DNA from: Burkholderiales bacterium
Lineage (GTDB): Bacteria; Pseudomonadota; Gammaproteobacteria; Burkholderiales; SG8-39
Reading direction: 5' to 3'
Assembly (NCBI GenBank): GCA_041904885.1
Contig: JAYRND010000372.1
Location: 1-45,397, forward strand
Length of the DNA stretch: 45,397 bases
The position numbers and the translations under genes are program-made. Every line of letters starts with the position of its first letter. Within the stretch, counting starts at the first letter, position 1. Below, piece by piece: positions 8,114-18,172 of this stretch. The notes beneath the pieces are model-generated. The model was not told the origin of the DNA and searched no databases. It saw nothing but the letters and a program-made list of their open reading frames with translations.

Positions 8114-9829
8114 TCACTTCCGGCGCTGCGGCGGCAGGTCGGTGCAAACGCCTTCGAAGAGCTCGGCGGCCATGCCGACCGACTCGCCGAGCGTGGGGTG
8201 CGGGTGGATGGTCTTGCCGATGTCGGTGGCGTCGGCTCCCATCTCGACCGCGAGCGCGAGCTCGCTGATCAGGTCGCCGGCGCCCGTGCCGACGATGCCG
8301 CCGCCCACGAGGCGGTGCGTCTCCGCGTCGAAGATGAGCTTGGTGAAACCCTCGTCGCGCGCGTTGGCGATGGCGCGCCCCGAGGCGGCCCAGGGAAACT
8401 TGGCGACACCGACCTTACGCCCTGCTTTCTTCGCCTCGTCCTCGGTCAGGCCGACCCAGGCGATCTCGGGATCGGTGTACGCGACCGAAGGAACGACGCG
8501 AGCGTCGAAGTGCGACTTCTGGCCCGCCGCAGCCTCGGCCGCGACATGGCCCTCGTGCACGGCCTTGTGCGCGAGCATGGGATTGCCCGCGATGTCGCCG
8601 ATGGCGAAGATGTGCGGCACATTGGTACGCATCTGCGAGTCCACAGGAATGAAGCCGCGCTCGTTCACCGAAACGCCCGCCTTCTCCGCGCCGATGTTCC
8701 TGCCGTTGGGCGTACGCCCCACGGAGACGAGAACCATGTCGTACACGCCTGGCTCGCCCTGATCGAACGAGACCTTGATTCCTGCTTTGGTCGCTTCCGC
8801 CTTGGTGGTCTTCGTCTTCAGCATTACGCGGTCGAAGCGGTTCGCGTTGTACTTCTGCCAGACAGCCACCAAGTCGCGGTCGGCGCCCAGCATCAGGCCG
8901 TCCAGCATCTCGACCACGTCCAGGCGCGCGCCCAGGGTCGAATAGACGGTGCCCATCTCCAGGCCGATGATGCCGCCGCCGATCACCAGCAGCTTCTTCG
9001 GCGCGCTGCGCAGCTCGAGCGCGCCGGTGGAATCGACGATGCGCGGATCCTCGGGGAGGAACGGCAGCTTCGCCGCCTGCGATCCGGCGGCAATGATCGC
9101 CATTGCATAGCTGATCTTCTTGCCGCCGACGTCGATCGAATTCGGGCCCGTGAACTTGCCTACGCCCTGCACCACCGTGACCTTGCGCATCTTCGCCATC
9201 GAGGCCAGCCCGCCCGTCAGCTTGCCGACAACCTTGCCCTTGAACGCGCGCAGCTTGTCCAGGTTGAGCTCGGGTGCGCCGAACGCGACGCCGTGCTCCG
9301 CAAGCCCCGTGGCCGCATCCATGATCGCCGCAGTGTGCAAGAGCGCTTTCGATGGAATGCAGCCCACGTTGAGGCACACGCCGCCAAGCACTGTGTAGCG
9401 CTCGACAAGAATCGTCTTCATGCCGAGGTCTGCGGCGCGAAAAGCTGCCGAATATCCGCCCGGTCCCGAACCCAGCACCAGCATGTCGCAGTCGAAATTT
9501 CCGGACGGCTGGGCTGGCGCCTTTGCCGGTTGCGATTTTTCCTGTGAAGGCTGGACCTTTTCCGGCGCCGGAGCCGCGGCCGCCGTCGCGCCGCCCTCCA
9601 TCTTCAGGATGACCGAGCCCTGGGACACCTTGTCGCCGAGCTTGACCACCATCTCCTTCACCACGCCCGCCTCGGGCGAGGGGATCTCCATGGTCGCCTT
9701 GTCCGACTCGAGCGAGATCAGCGACTGCTCCTTCGCAACCGAGTCGCCGGGCTTCACCAGGATTTCGATGACCTCGACGTCCTTGAAGTCCCCGATGTCG
9801 GGAACTCTGACTTCCAGAAGGTTGGCCAT
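8114..9829 (-). CDS. lpdA: Dihydrolipoyl dehydrogenase (PDH E3) with an N-terminal lipoyl domain
   Basis: The N-terminal lipoyl domain contains [13 protein letters not shown]. The FAD-binding and redox-disulfide motifs follow ([26 protein letters not shown]), with HPHPTLGE near the C-terminus. Confidence 0.95.
   Translation of the reverse strand: MANLLEVRVPDIGDFKDVEVIEILVKPGDSVAKEQSLISLESDKATMEIPSPEAGVVKEMVVKLGDKVSQGSVILKMEGGATAAAAPAPEKVQPSQEKSQPAKAPAQPSGNFDCDMLVLGSGPGGYSAAFRAADLGMKTILVERYTVLGGVCLNVGCIPSKALLHTAAIMDAATGLAEHGVAFGAPELNLDKLRAFKGKVVGKLTGGLASMAKMRKVTVVQGVGKFTGPNSIDVGGKKISYAMAIIAAGSQAAKLPFLPEDPRIVDSTGALELRSAPKKLLVIGGGIIGLEMGTVYSTLGARLDVVEMLDGLMLGADRDLVAVWQKYNANRFDRVMLKTKTTKAEATKAGIKVSFDQGEPGVYDMVLVSVGRTPNGRNIGAEKAGVSVNERGFIPVDSQMRTNVPHIFAIGDIAGNPMLAHKAVHEGHVAAEAAAGQKSHFDARVVPSVAYTDPEIAWVGLTEDEAKKAGRKVGVAKFPWAASGRAIANARDEGFTKLIFDAETHRLVGGGIVGTGAGDLISELALAVEMGADATDIGKTIHPHPTLGESVGMAAELFEGVCTDLPPQRRK
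9624..9814. repeat. Copy 1 (in lpdA) of a 191-bp dispersed repeat that encodes a lipoyl domain
   Basis: It aligns without gaps to 10935-11125, with roughly 20-25 mismatches by manual count and identical runs of up to about 25 nt. Confidence 0.85.
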
Positions 9830-11131
9830 CTAGAGCAGCGTGCGGCGGATGTCGGAGAGGATCTTGGCGAGCTCGGTGGTGAACCGCGCCGCGACCGCGC
9901 CATCGATGACACGGTGGTCGTACGACAGCGACAGCGGCAGCATCAGGCGCGGCACGAATTCCTTGCCGTTCCAGACGGGCTTCATCGCCGAGCGCGACAC
10001 GCCCAGGATCGCGAGCTCGGGCGCATTGATGATCGGAGTGAAGTAGTTTCCGCCAATACCGCCCAGGCTGGAAATGGAGAAGGTGCCGCCCTGCATGTCT
10101 CCCGCCTTCAGCTTGCCTTCCTTGGCGACCTTGGAAATCTCCGCCAGCTCCCGCGCGAGGTCGAACACGCCCTTGCGGTCCGCATCGCGCACCACCGGCA
10201 CCACGAGGCCGCCCGGCGTGTCGACGGCGACGCCGATGTGGTAGTACTTCTTGACGATCAGGTTCTCGCCCGATTTGTCGAGCGAGGCGTTGAATTGCGG
10301 GAACTGCCGCAGCGCGGTGACGCAGGCCTTGATCATGAAGGCGAGCATCGTCAGCTTGAACCCCTTCTTCTCGGTCTCGACGGTCTGGCTCTTGCGGAAG
10401 GCCTCGAGGTCGGTGATGTCGGCATCGTCGCACTGAGTGACGTGCGGGATCGATATCCAGTTTCGGTGCAGGTAGGGACCCGACAGCTTCTGGATGCGCG
10501 ACAGGGGCTTCGATTCGATCGGGCCGAATTTCGCGAAGTCGACGTCGGGCCAGGCCGGGAGGTTAAAGGGCAACGCGCCGCCCTTTTCGGCGGCAGGCGC
10601 ACCCACTGGCTTTCCTGCCAGTGCACCCTTGACGAACGCCTGCACGTCTTCCCTCTGAATCCGGCCTTTCGGGCCGCCGCCCCTCACCAACCGCAGGTCC
10701 ACTCCAAGCTCGCGCGCGAACTTGCGGATCGACGGGCTCGCGTGCGGCAGCGAGGTCACGGCCTCGCGCGGCTCCGCGGGCACCGGCTCTACGCGCGTCG
10801 GAATCTGCGCCGCCACGGGCGCGGGAGTGGGCGCCCCAATTGGGGGTACCGGCTTCGGCGCCTCCTGGGCCTTTGCGGCGGGCGCAGCCGATGCGCCGCC
10901 GCCCGGCTCGAGGACCAGGATTGCCGATCCCTCTGACACTTTGTCGCCGAGCTTGACCCGGATCTCCTTGATTACGCCCGCCTCGGGCGACGGGATCTCC
11001 ATGGTCGCCTTATCCGACTCGAGCGAGATGAGCGACTGCTCCCTGGCCACCGTGTCGCCCGGCTTGACCAGGATCTCGATGACCTCGACGTCCTTGAAGT
11101 CGCCGATGTCGGGGACCCGAACCTCCGTCAT
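9830..11131 (-). CDS. aceF: Dihydrolipoyllysine-residue acetyltransferase (PDH E2) with a single lipoyl domain
   Basis: It has a lipoyl domain ([13 protein letters not shown]), a subunit-binding domain (SPSIRKFARELGVDL) and a catalytic domain (LSLSYDHRVIDGA). The start overlaps the aceE stop (ATGA). Confidence 0.95.
   Translation of the reverse strand: MTEVRVPDIGDFKDVEVIEILVKPGDTVAREQSLISLESDKATMEIPSPEAGVIKEIRVKLGDKVSEGSAILVLEPGGGASAAPAAKAQEAPKPVPPIGAPTPAPVAAQIPTRVEPVPAEPREAVTSLPHASPSIRKFARELGVDLRLVRGGGPKGRIQREDVQAFVKGALAGKPVGAPAAEKGGALPFNLPAWPDVDFAKFGPIESKPLSRIQKLSGPYLHRNWISIPHVTQCDDADITDLEAFRKSQTVETEKKGFKLTMLAFMIKACVTALRQFPQFNASLDKSGENLIVKKYYHIGVAVDTPGGLVVPVVRDADRKGVFDLARELAEISKVAKEGKLKAGDMQGGTFSISSLGGIGGNYFTPIINAPELAILGVSRSAMKPVWNGKEFVPRLMLPLSLSYDHRVIDGAVAARFTTELAKILSDIRRTLL
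10935..11125. repeat. Copy 2 (in aceF) of the 191-bp repeat that encodes a lipoyl domain
   Basis: It aligns without gaps to 9624-9814. Both copies encode [24 protein letters not shown]...[23 protein letters not shown]. Confidence 0.85.
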
Positions 11132-13815
11132 ACGGTCGTCGGATCCGGCTTGTTCGGATCGATGCCGTATTTCTTGATCGCCTCGGAGACCGTCTTCGCC
11201 TTCAGCTCGCCGGTTTCCGCGAGCGACTTGAGCGCCGCCACCGCCACGAAATAGCGGTTCACCTCGAAGAAATGCCGCAGCCGGGCGCGCGAGTCCGAGC
11301 GGCCGAAGCCGTCGGTGCCCAGCACCTTGAAGACGCGATCCCTGGGCAGGAACGGCCGGATCTGGTCGGCAAAAGCCTTCATGTAGTCACTGGCGGCGAC
11401 CACCGGTCCGGCGTGCTTCTCCAGGCAGGCTGCGACATAGGGAACACGGGGCTTGTCCTCCGGGTGCAGCAGGTTCCAGCGCTCGGCCGCCAACCCGTTC
11501 CGGCGCAGTTCAGTGAAGCTGGTTGCGCTCCAGACGTCCGCGGCAACGCCCCAGTCCTTCTCCAGCAGTGCTGCGGCCGCCTCGACCTCGCGCAGGATGG
11601 TGCCGGAGCCAAGGAGTTGAACGCGCAATTTTGTTTTTTCTTTTGATTCTCTCAACAAATACAAACCCTTCAAGATCCCTTGCTCGGCACCCGCGGGCAG
11701 CGCCGGATGCTCGTAGTTCTCGTTCATCAGGGTGATGTAGTAGAAAACATCCTCCTGCTCGGTGACCATGCGGCGCAGGCCGTCCTGGACGATCACCGCG
11801 AGCTCATAGCCGTAGGTGGGGTCGTAAGAGATGCAGTTCGGGATCACCGACGAGAGCACGTGCGAATGGCCGTCCTCGTGCTGCAGGCCCTCCCCGTTCA
11901 GCGTGGTGCGCCCCGCGGTCGCGCCGAGCAGAAAGCCGCGCGCGCGCTGGTCGGCCGCGGCCCAGGCGAGGTCGCCGATGCGCTGCAGGCCGAACATCGA
12001 GTAGAAGATGTAGAACGGCACCATCATCTGGTTGGAGTGGCTGTACGAGGTCGCCGCCGCGATCCAGCTGGAGAACGCCCCGGCCTCGTTGATGCCCTCT
12101 TCGAGGATCTGGCCGGTCTTGTCCTCGCGGTAATACATCACCTGGTCCTTGTCGACCGGCTCGTACTTCTGGCCCTCCGGGGCGAAGATGCCCAGCTGGC
12201 GGAACATGCCTTCCATGCCGAAGGTGCGCGCCTCGTCGGGGACGATCGGCACCACGCGCTTGCCGAGCTCCTTGTCGCGCACCAGCGCAGTCAGCAGGCG
12301 CACGAACGCCATCGTCGTCGAGATTTCCCTGCCCTCGCCCGTCGCCTTGAGCACCTGGTCGAAGGCCGAGAGCGACGGCACGGCCGGCACTGCCTCGGCC
12401 TTGCGCCTGCGCCGGGGGAACCAGCCGCCGAGCTCGGCACGGCGCTCCTTCAAGTATTTCATTTCCGGAGAATCCGCGGGCGGACTGTAGAACGGCAGCT
12501 TCTCGAGCTGGTCGTCCGCGATCGGGACGTTGAAGCGATCGCGCATTTCGCGGATGGTGGCGATGTCGACCTTCTTCAGCTGGTGCGTCGGGTTCTTCGC
12601 CTGGCCCTGCTTGCCCAGGCCGTAGCCCTTGATGGTCTTGGCGAGGATCACGGTCGGCTGTCCCTTGTGCTTCACCGCGGCGGCATAGGCGGCGTAGATC
12701 TTGTGCGGGTCGTGCCCGCCGCGGTTCAACCGCCAGATGTCCTCGTCGCTCATGCGCGAGACCATCTCCAGCACCCTCGGGTGCTTGCCGAAGAAGTTCT
12801 TGCGCACGAAGGCGCCGTCGTTGGCCTTGAAGTTCTGGTACTCGCCGTCGACCGTTTCCTCCATGATGCGCCGGAGCAGGCCCTCCTTGTCGCGCGCGAG
12901 CAGCGCGTCCCAGTAGCCGCCCCAGATCAGCTTGATGACGTTCCAGCCGGCGCCGCGGAAATCGCCCTCGAGCTCCTGGATGATCTTGCCGTTGCCGCGC
13001 ACCGGGCCGTCCAGGCGCTGCAGGTTGCAGTTGACGATGAACACCAGGTTGTCCAGCTTCTCGCGCGCCGCCATGCCGATCGCGCCCAGCGACTCGGGCT
13101 CGTCCATCTCGCCGTCGCCGCAGAACACCCAGACCTTGCGGTTCTCGGTATGCGCGTGGCCGCGCGCCTGCAGGTACTTGAGGAACCGCGCCATGTAGAT
13201 CGCCTGGATCGGCCCCAGTCCCATGGACACGGTGGGAAACTGCCAGTAGTCCGGCATCAGCCAGGGATGCGGGTAGGAGGACACGCCCTTGCCGTCCACC
13301 TCGCGCCGGAAGTTGAGCAGCTGCTCCTCGGTGAATCGCCCTTCGAGCAGGCCGCGCGCGTAGATACCCGGCGACGAGTGCCCCTGGAAATAGACGAGGT
13401 CGCCGCCGTGACCCTCGTGCGGTGCGTTCCAGAAGTGGTTCTGGCCGATGCCGAAGAGCGTGCCCACCGAAGCGAAGCTGGCGATGTGCCCGCCCAGCTC
13501 GTCGTCGTTCTTGTTGGCGCGCGCCACCATCACCATCGCATTCCAGCGGCAATAGGAGCGGATGCGCTCCTCCATCGCGTAGTCGCCGGGCGAGCGCTCC
13601 TCCATGTGCGTCGGGATCGTGTTGACGTACGGCGTATACGGACTGTACGGCAGGGTGACGCCGGAATTGCGCGCCTTCTCCGTCAGCTTCTCGATCAGGT
13701 AGTGCGCGCGCTCGCCACCCTCGCGCTCAAGCACCGCCTCGAGCGCGTCGAGCCATTCCTGGGTCTCTAGGGTGTCAGGATCGTTCGCCGCTGGCTGCTG
13801 CGGAACGGCAGACAT
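11128..13815 (-). CDS. aceE: Pyruvate dehydrogenase E1 component, homodimeric type
   Basis: The product is 895 aa. Motifs include GGHIASFAS, YFQGHSSPGIYAR, GDGEMDEPES and LGTDGFGRSD. An AGGAGGA Shine-Dalgarno lies upstream. Confidence 0.97.
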   Translation of the reverse strand: MSAVPQQPAANDPDTLETQEWLDALEAVLEREGGERAHYLIEKLTEKARNSGVTLPYSPYTPYVNTIPTHMEERSPGDYAMEERIRSYCRWNAMVMVARANKNDDELGGHIASFASVGTLFGIGQNHFWNAPHEGHGGDLVYFQGHSSPGIYARGLLEGRFTEEQLLNFRREVDGKGVSSYPHPWLMPDYWQFPTVSMGLGPIQAIYMARFLKYLQARGHAHTENRKVWVFCGDGEMDEPESLGAIGMAAREKLDNLVFIVNCNLQRLDGPVRGNGKIIQELEGDFRGAGWNVIKLIWGGYWDALLARDKEGLLRRIMEETVDGEYQNFKANDGAFVRKNFFGKHPRVLEMVSRMSDEDIWRLNRGGHDPHKIYAAYAAAVKHKGQPTVILAKTIKGYGLGKQGQAKNPTHQLKKVDIATIREMRDRFNVPIADDQLEKLPFYSPPADSPEMKYLKERRAELGGWFPRRRRKAEAVPAVPSLSAFDQVLKATGEGREISTTMAFVRLLTALVRDKELGKRVVPIVPDEARTFGMEGMFRQLGIFAPEGQKYEPVDKDQVMYYREDKTGQILEEGINEAGAFSSWIAAATSYSHSNQMMVPFYIFYSMFGLQRIGDLAWAAADQRARGFLLGATAGRTTLNGEGLQHEDGHSHVLSSVIPNCISYDPTYGYELAVIVQDGLRRMVTEQEDVFYYITLMNENYEHPALPAGAEQGILKGLYLLRESKEKTKLRVQLLGSGTILREVEAAAALLEKDWGVAADVWSATSFTELRRNGLAAERWNLLHPEDKPRVPYVAACLEKHAGPVVAASDYMKAFADQIRPFLPRDRVFKVLGTDGFGRSDSRARLRHFFEVNRYFVAVAALKSLAETGELKAKTVSEAIKKYGIDPNKPDPTTV

Positions 13816-13848
13816 GGTTTCCTCCTGGTTGTGGTTTTATAGTATGCC

Positions 13849-14712
13849 ATGCGCGCAAAAGTCCTCGACGGAAAATCGCTCGCTGCCGAGGTGCGCCAGT
13901 CGCTGAAAAGCGCGGTTGCGTCGCTTGCTGCCCGAGGCGCGCGGCCGGGGCTCGCGGCGATCCTCGTCGGCGAGGACCCGGCTTCGCGCATCTACGTGCG
14001 CAACAAGGCGCGCGCCTGCGAGGACGCCGGCGTGCGCTCGGAAATTCACGAGCTGCCCGAAAGCGCGCCGGAAAGCGCCCTGCTCGAGCGCATCGCATCC
14101 CTGAATGCCGACCGCTCGGTGCACGGGATCCTCGTCCAGTTGCCGCTGCCGCGGCAGATCGACGCGCAGCGCGTGCTCGCGGCGGTCAGCCCGGCGAAGG
14201 ACGTGGACGGTTTCCACGCGCAGAATCTGGGCGCGCTGCTGCAAGGCAGGCCCGGGTTCGTGCCGGGCACGCCGGCCGGCGTGATGCGCCTGCTGGACTG
14301 CTCCGGCATCCGCCTTGCCGGCGCGCACGCGGTGATCGTGGGACGCTCCACAATCGTGGGCAAGCCGCTTGCCCTCCTGCTCTTGCAAAGGGACGCCACC
14401 GTCACCATCTGCCATTCGAAGACGCGCGATCTGGAATCGGTTACCCGGGGAGCGGATATCCTCGTTGCCGCCGTGGGCAAGCCGAAACTCGTCACGGCCG
14501 CGATGGTCAAACGCGGGGCTTGCGTCATCGACGTCGGGATCAACCGGACGCCGGACGGAAAAATCGTCGGCGACGTGGACTTCGGCGGGGTGAGCGAGGT
14601 GGCGGGCAGCATTACCCCCGTGCCCGGAGGCGTCGGGCCAATGACCATCGCCATGCTGATTGCGAACACTGTACGGGCTGCGGAATTGCTGAGTGAACAA
14701 TCCACTGCTTGA
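13849..14712 (+). CDS. folD: Bifunctional methylenetetrahydrofolate dehydrogenase / methenyltetrahydrofolate cyclohydrolase
   Basis: Motifs include [52 protein letters not shown] and [10 protein letters not shown]. Confidence 0.95.
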   Translation: MRAKVLDGKSLAAEVRQSLKSAVASLAARGARPGLAAILVGEDPASRIYVRNKARACEDAGVRSEIHELPESAPESALLERIASLNADRSVHGILVQLPLPRQIDAQRVLAAVSPAKDVDGFHAQNLGALLQGRPGFVPGTPAGVMRLLDCSGIRLAGAHAVIVGRSTIVGKPLALLLLQRDATVTICHSKTRDLESVTRGADILVAAVGKPKLVTAAMVKRGACVIDVGINRTPDGKIVGDVDFGGVSEVAGSITPVPGGVGPMTIAMLIANTVRAAELLSEQSTA

Positions 14713-16732
14713 TTTTTCCGGCTTGCCGCCCTTCGGCGAGATCCTGCCCGAGCATGTCGCGCCGGCGGTGGACACGCTGCTGGCCGAGGCGCGCGCGGTA
14801 CGCGAGCGCACGGCGGGCGCGCCGGCGACGTGGGACGACTTCGTCGCGCCGCTGGAGAACGCCAACGAGCGCCTCGGCCGCGCCTGGGGCCTGGTCGCGC
14901 ACCTGCATGCGGTGATGGACGCGCCCGCGCTGCGCGAGGCCTACAACGCAAGCTTGCCGAAGGTCACGCAGTACTGGACCGAGCTCGGCCAGGACACTGC
15001 GCGCTTCGAGAGGTACAAGCAACTCGCCGCTTCGCCCGCCTACGCGGCGCTCAGCCCCGCGCGGCGCAGAATCATCGACAACGCGCTGCGCGATTTCCGG
15101 CTCGGCGGGGCCGAACTGCCCGCCGAGCTCAAGCCGCGCTACGCGCAGATCCAGGAGGAGCTCGCCTCCCTGGCGGCGAAGTTCTCCGAGAACGTGCTGG
15201 ACGCGACCAACGCGTATTCGATCGTGATCGAGGACGAGAAGCGGCTGGCGGGCCTGCCGGCCGACGTGGTCGAGACTGCGCGCGCCGCGGCGGCAAAAGA
15301 GGGCAAGGCGGGATGGAAATTCACGCTGCACATGCCGTCGTACTGGCCGGTGATGCAGTACGCGGAGGACAGGGCGCTGCGCGAGACGCTGTACCGGGAA
15401 TCGGCGACACGCGCCTCGGAGTTCGGCAAGCCGGAGTGGGACAACACCGCCATCATCGCGCGCACGCTCGCGCTGCGCGAGGAAGACGCGCGCATGCTGG
15501 GCTACGCGAACTTCGCGGAGGTCTCGCTCGTGCCGAAGATGGCGCGCAGCCCGGCGCAGGTGCTCGAGTTCCTGCGCGACCTTGCGCGGCGGGCGCGGCC
15601 GTTTGCCGAGCGCGACCTCGCCGAGCTGCGCGCGTTCGCGAAGTCCGAGCTCGGGCTGGACAGGCTGGAATCCTGGGACCTCGCCTATGCCTCGGAGAAG
15701 CTGCGCGCCAGCCGCTACGCGTTCTCGGACCACGAGGTGAAGCAGTATTTTCCCGAGCCGCAGGTGATCGCCGGCATGTTCAAGCTGGTCGAGTCTCTCT
15801 ACGGCGTGCGCGTCGCGCCGGCACAGGCGCCTGTCTGGCACGAGGACGTGCGCTTCTATGAGATTCGCAGCGCGGAGGGAGGGAACGCGGGCGAGCCGAT
15901 CGGGCAGTTCTACGTGGACCTCTACGCGCGCGAATCCAAGCAGGGCGGCGCCTGGATGGACGGGGCGATCTCGCGGCGGCGCCTCGCCGCGGGCATGCAG
16001 TTGCCGGTCGCCTACCTCAACTGCAACTTCTCGCGCCCCGTGTCTGACAGGCCGGCCCTGTTCACGCACGATGAGGTGATTACGCTGTTCCACGAGTTCG
16101 GCCACGGGCTGCACCACCTGCTTACGCGCGCCGAGGAGCTCGGCGTCTCCGGCATGTCCGGAGTCGAATGGGACGCGGTCGAGCTGCCGAGCCAGTTCAT
16201 GGAGAATTTCTGCTGGGAGTGGGAGGTGCTTTCCGGCATGACGCGGCACGTGGGCACGGGCCAGGCCCTGCCGCGCGCGCTGTTCGACAGGATGCGCGCG
16301 GCGAAGAATTTCCAGTCCGGGCTTGATATGCTGCGCCAGCTCGAGTTCGCGCTCTTCGACATGCGCCTGCACGCGGATTTCAAGCCGGGCGCTGCGGGCG
16401 GAGCGCTCGAGCTGCTGGAGGAAGTTCGCCGCGAGGTTGCGGTGTTCGTGCCGCCCGCCTGGAACCGCTTTCCGAACAGCTTCGGGCACATCTTTTCCGG
16501 CGGCTACGCTGCGGGCTACTACAGCTACAAGTGGGCCGAAGTGCTCTCTGCGGACGCCTACGGGCTGTTCGAAGAGCAGGGCGTGCTCAATGCGGGCGCC
16601 GGGCGCCGGTTCCGCGACGAGATCCTCGCGGTCGGCGGCAGTCGCCCGGCGGCCGAATCGTTTCGCGCGTTCCGCGGCCGCGAGCCGAGCGTCGATGCCC
16701 TGCTGAGGCACAGTGGTATGATTCCCGCATGA
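14693..16732 (+). CDS. prlC: Oligopeptidase A (M3 family zinc metallopeptidase)
   Basis: The product is 679 aa and carries the HEFGHGLHH zinc motif. The GTG start overlaps the folD 3' end by 20 nt. Confidence 0.93.
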   Translation: MNNPLLDFSGLPPFGEILPEHVAPAVDTLLAEARAVRERTAGAPATWDDFVAPLENANERLGRAWGLVAHLHAVMDAPALREAYNASLPKVTQYWTELGQDTARFERYKQLAASPAYAALSPARRRIIDNALRDFRLGGAELPAELKPRYAQIQEELASLAAKFSENVLDATNAYSIVIEDEKRLAGLPADVVETARAAAAKEGKAGWKFTLHMPSYWPVMQYAEDRALRETLYRESATRASEFGKPEWDNTAIIARTLALREEDARMLGYANFAEVSLVPKMARSPAQVLEFLRDLARRARPFAERDLAELRAFAKSELGLDRLESWDLAYASEKLRASRYAFSDHEVKQYFPEPQVIAGMFKLVESLYGVRVAPAQAPVWHEDVRFYEIRSAEGGNAGEPIGQFYVDLYARESKQGGAWMDGAISRRRLAAGMQLPVAYLNCNFSRPVSDRPALFTHDEVITLFHEFGHGLHHLLTRAEELGVSGMSGVEWDAVELPSQFMENFCWEWEVLSGMTRHVGTGQALPRALFDRMRAAKNFQSGLDMLRQLEFALFDMRLHADFKPGAAGGALELLEEVRREVAVFVPPAWNRFPNSFGHIFSGGYAAGYYSYKWAEVLSADAYGLFEEQGVLNAGAGRRFRDEILAVGGSRPAAESFRAFRGREPSVDALLRHSGMIPA

Positions 16733-17385
16733 TTCTGCGGGTCTTTGTTCTCGCCTCGCTCGCGGTCTTCCTCGCGTCCGCGCCCGCGCAAGCGCAGCAG
16801 TACCGGTGGATCGACCGCAACGGCAACGTCCAGTTCACCGACACGCCGCCACCGCCGGGAGCGAAGGACGTGCGCAAGGTATCGGGCGCTTCGGCAGCGC
16901 CCGCTGCCGCGTCGATGCCATACGAGGTCGCGCGCCTGCAAGCCGATTTTCCGGTCGTGCTGTACACGTCGCCCAGCTGCAAGGCGGGATGCCAGCTGGC
17001 GCGCGACGCGCTCAACAAGCGCAGCGTGCCGTTCAAGGAAATCCAGGTCTGGAACGCGGAGACGATCGCCGAGCTGAAGCGAGTATCCGGAGGCGAGGAA
17101 GTCCCCGCCTTGCAGGTCGGCCGCGAGGTTCAGCGCGGCTTCGAGCAGGGCGCGTTCGACCTGCTGCTCGACAGCGCGGGATATCCCAGGGCGGGCCTTT
17201 TGCCGCCGCTTTCGCAGAAGGCGCCTCCCCCGCCTGAGGGTTATGCGGCGCCCGACCAGCCGAAGCCCGCGGCGACGGCGCCCGCTGCACAGGCTGCCGA
17301 GAAGCCCGGGCCCTACGACACGAGCCGCCTGCAAGGCCCACCCCCGAAGACCGGCCCCTACGGCGTTCCCGGCGAAACCAAGTAG
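16729..17385 (+). CDS. Exported DUF4124 domain protein fused to a glutaredoxin-like domain
   Basis: ATG 16729 overlaps the prlC stop (ATGA). The signal peptide is [22 protein letters not shown]. The DUF4124 signature reads YRWIDRNGNVQFTDTPPP. A glutaredoxin-like segment follows (VVLYTSPSCKAGCQLARDALNKRSVPFKEI), then a Pro/Ala-rich tail. Confidence 0.7.
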   Translation: MILRVFVLASLAVFLASAPAQAQQYRWIDRNGNVQFTDTPPPPGAKDVRKVSGASAAPAAASMPYEVARLQADFPVVLYTSPSCKAGCQLARDALNKRSVPFKEIQVWNAETIAELKRVSGGEEVPALQVGREVQRGFEQGAFDLLLDSAGYPRAGLLPPLSQKAPPPPEGYAAPDQPKPAATAPAAQAAEKPGPYDTSRLQGPPPKTGPYGVPGETK

Positions 17386-17400
17386 CCGGCGGCTCGCGGG

Positions 17401-18165
17401 ATGAAACTCGCGACCTGGAACGTCAATTCGCTGAAGGTCCGTCTCCCGCACCTGCTCGCCTGGCTCGCGCAAGCACGGCCGGACGTGGTCTGCCTGCAGG
17501 AGCTCAAGCTCGAGGACACGAAATTTCCGCGCGCCGACCTGGAGCAGGCCGGCTACCGTGCCGCGGTGTACGGGCAGAAGACCTACAACGGCGTCGCGAT
17601 CCTCGCGCGCGAGGCGTTGGCCGATGTGGTGGCGGGAATCCCGGGCCTGGAGGATGAGCAGAAGCGCATCATCGCCGCCACCGTCTCCGGCGTGCGCGTC
17701 ATCTGCGTCTACTGTCCGAACGGGCAGGCCGTGAGCTCGGAGAAGTACGCCTACAAGCTGCGCTGGTTTGCGGCGCTGAAGGAGTATCTGGCGCAGGAGC
17801 TGAAGCGCCACGACGATCTTGCGGTGGCCGGGGACTTCAACGTGGCGCCGGAGGATCGCGACGTCCACGATCCGAAAGCCTGGGAGGGGCAGGTGCATGT
17901 ATCCGCGCCCGAGCGGGCCGCGTGGCGGGCGCTTCTCGAGCTCGGCCTGCAGGACAGCTTCCGGCTTTTCGAGCAGCCGGAGCGAACGTATTCCTGGTGG
18001 GACTACCGCATGGGAGCTTTCCGCCGCGACGCCGGGTTGCGCATCGACCAGATCCTCGCCTCGGGGCCCCTCGCGCGGCGCTGCGCCGGCTGCACGATCG
18101 ACAAGGCACCGCGCAGGTTGGAGCGGCCCTCGGATCACGCGCCGGTGATCGCGGAATTTGCCTAG
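17401..18165 (+). CDS. xthA: Exodeoxyribonuclease III
   Basis: Motifs include [36 protein letters not shown] and SDHAPV. Confidence 0.93.
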   Translation: MKLATWNVNSLKVRLPHLLAWLAQARPDVVCLQELKLEDTKFPRADLEQAGYRAAVYGQKTYNGVAILAREALADVVAGIPGLEDEQKRIIAATVSGVRVICVYCPNGQAVSSEKYAYKLRWFAALKEYLAQELKRHDDLAVAGDFNVAPEDRDVHDPKAWEGQVHVSAPERAAWRALLELGLQDSFRLFEQPERTYSWWDYRMGAFRRDAGLRIDQILASGPLARRCAGCTIDKAPRRLERPSDHAPVIAEFA

Positions 18166-18172
18166 CGCGCCC

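Noticed and set aside
8415-10433. A 672-aa minus-strand ORF spanning the lpdA/aceF junction in another frame, and a 545-aa plus ORF at 7910-9547
   Set aside because: They cross a genuine gene boundary and encode Arg/Gly-rich sequence with no domain signatures. The real frames encode textbook E3 and E2 proteins.
11680-13770. A 696-aa plus-strand ORF antisense to aceE, and a 582-aa alternative minus frame (11804-13552)
   Set aside because: Same reasoning. They have no motifs and a biased composition, and they are fully nested in the strongly supported E1 gene.
14612-16711. A 699-aa minus-strand ORF antisense to prlC
   Set aside because: It is a shadow ORF. The plus-strand product carries the HEFGH zinc motif and full M3 peptidase similarity.
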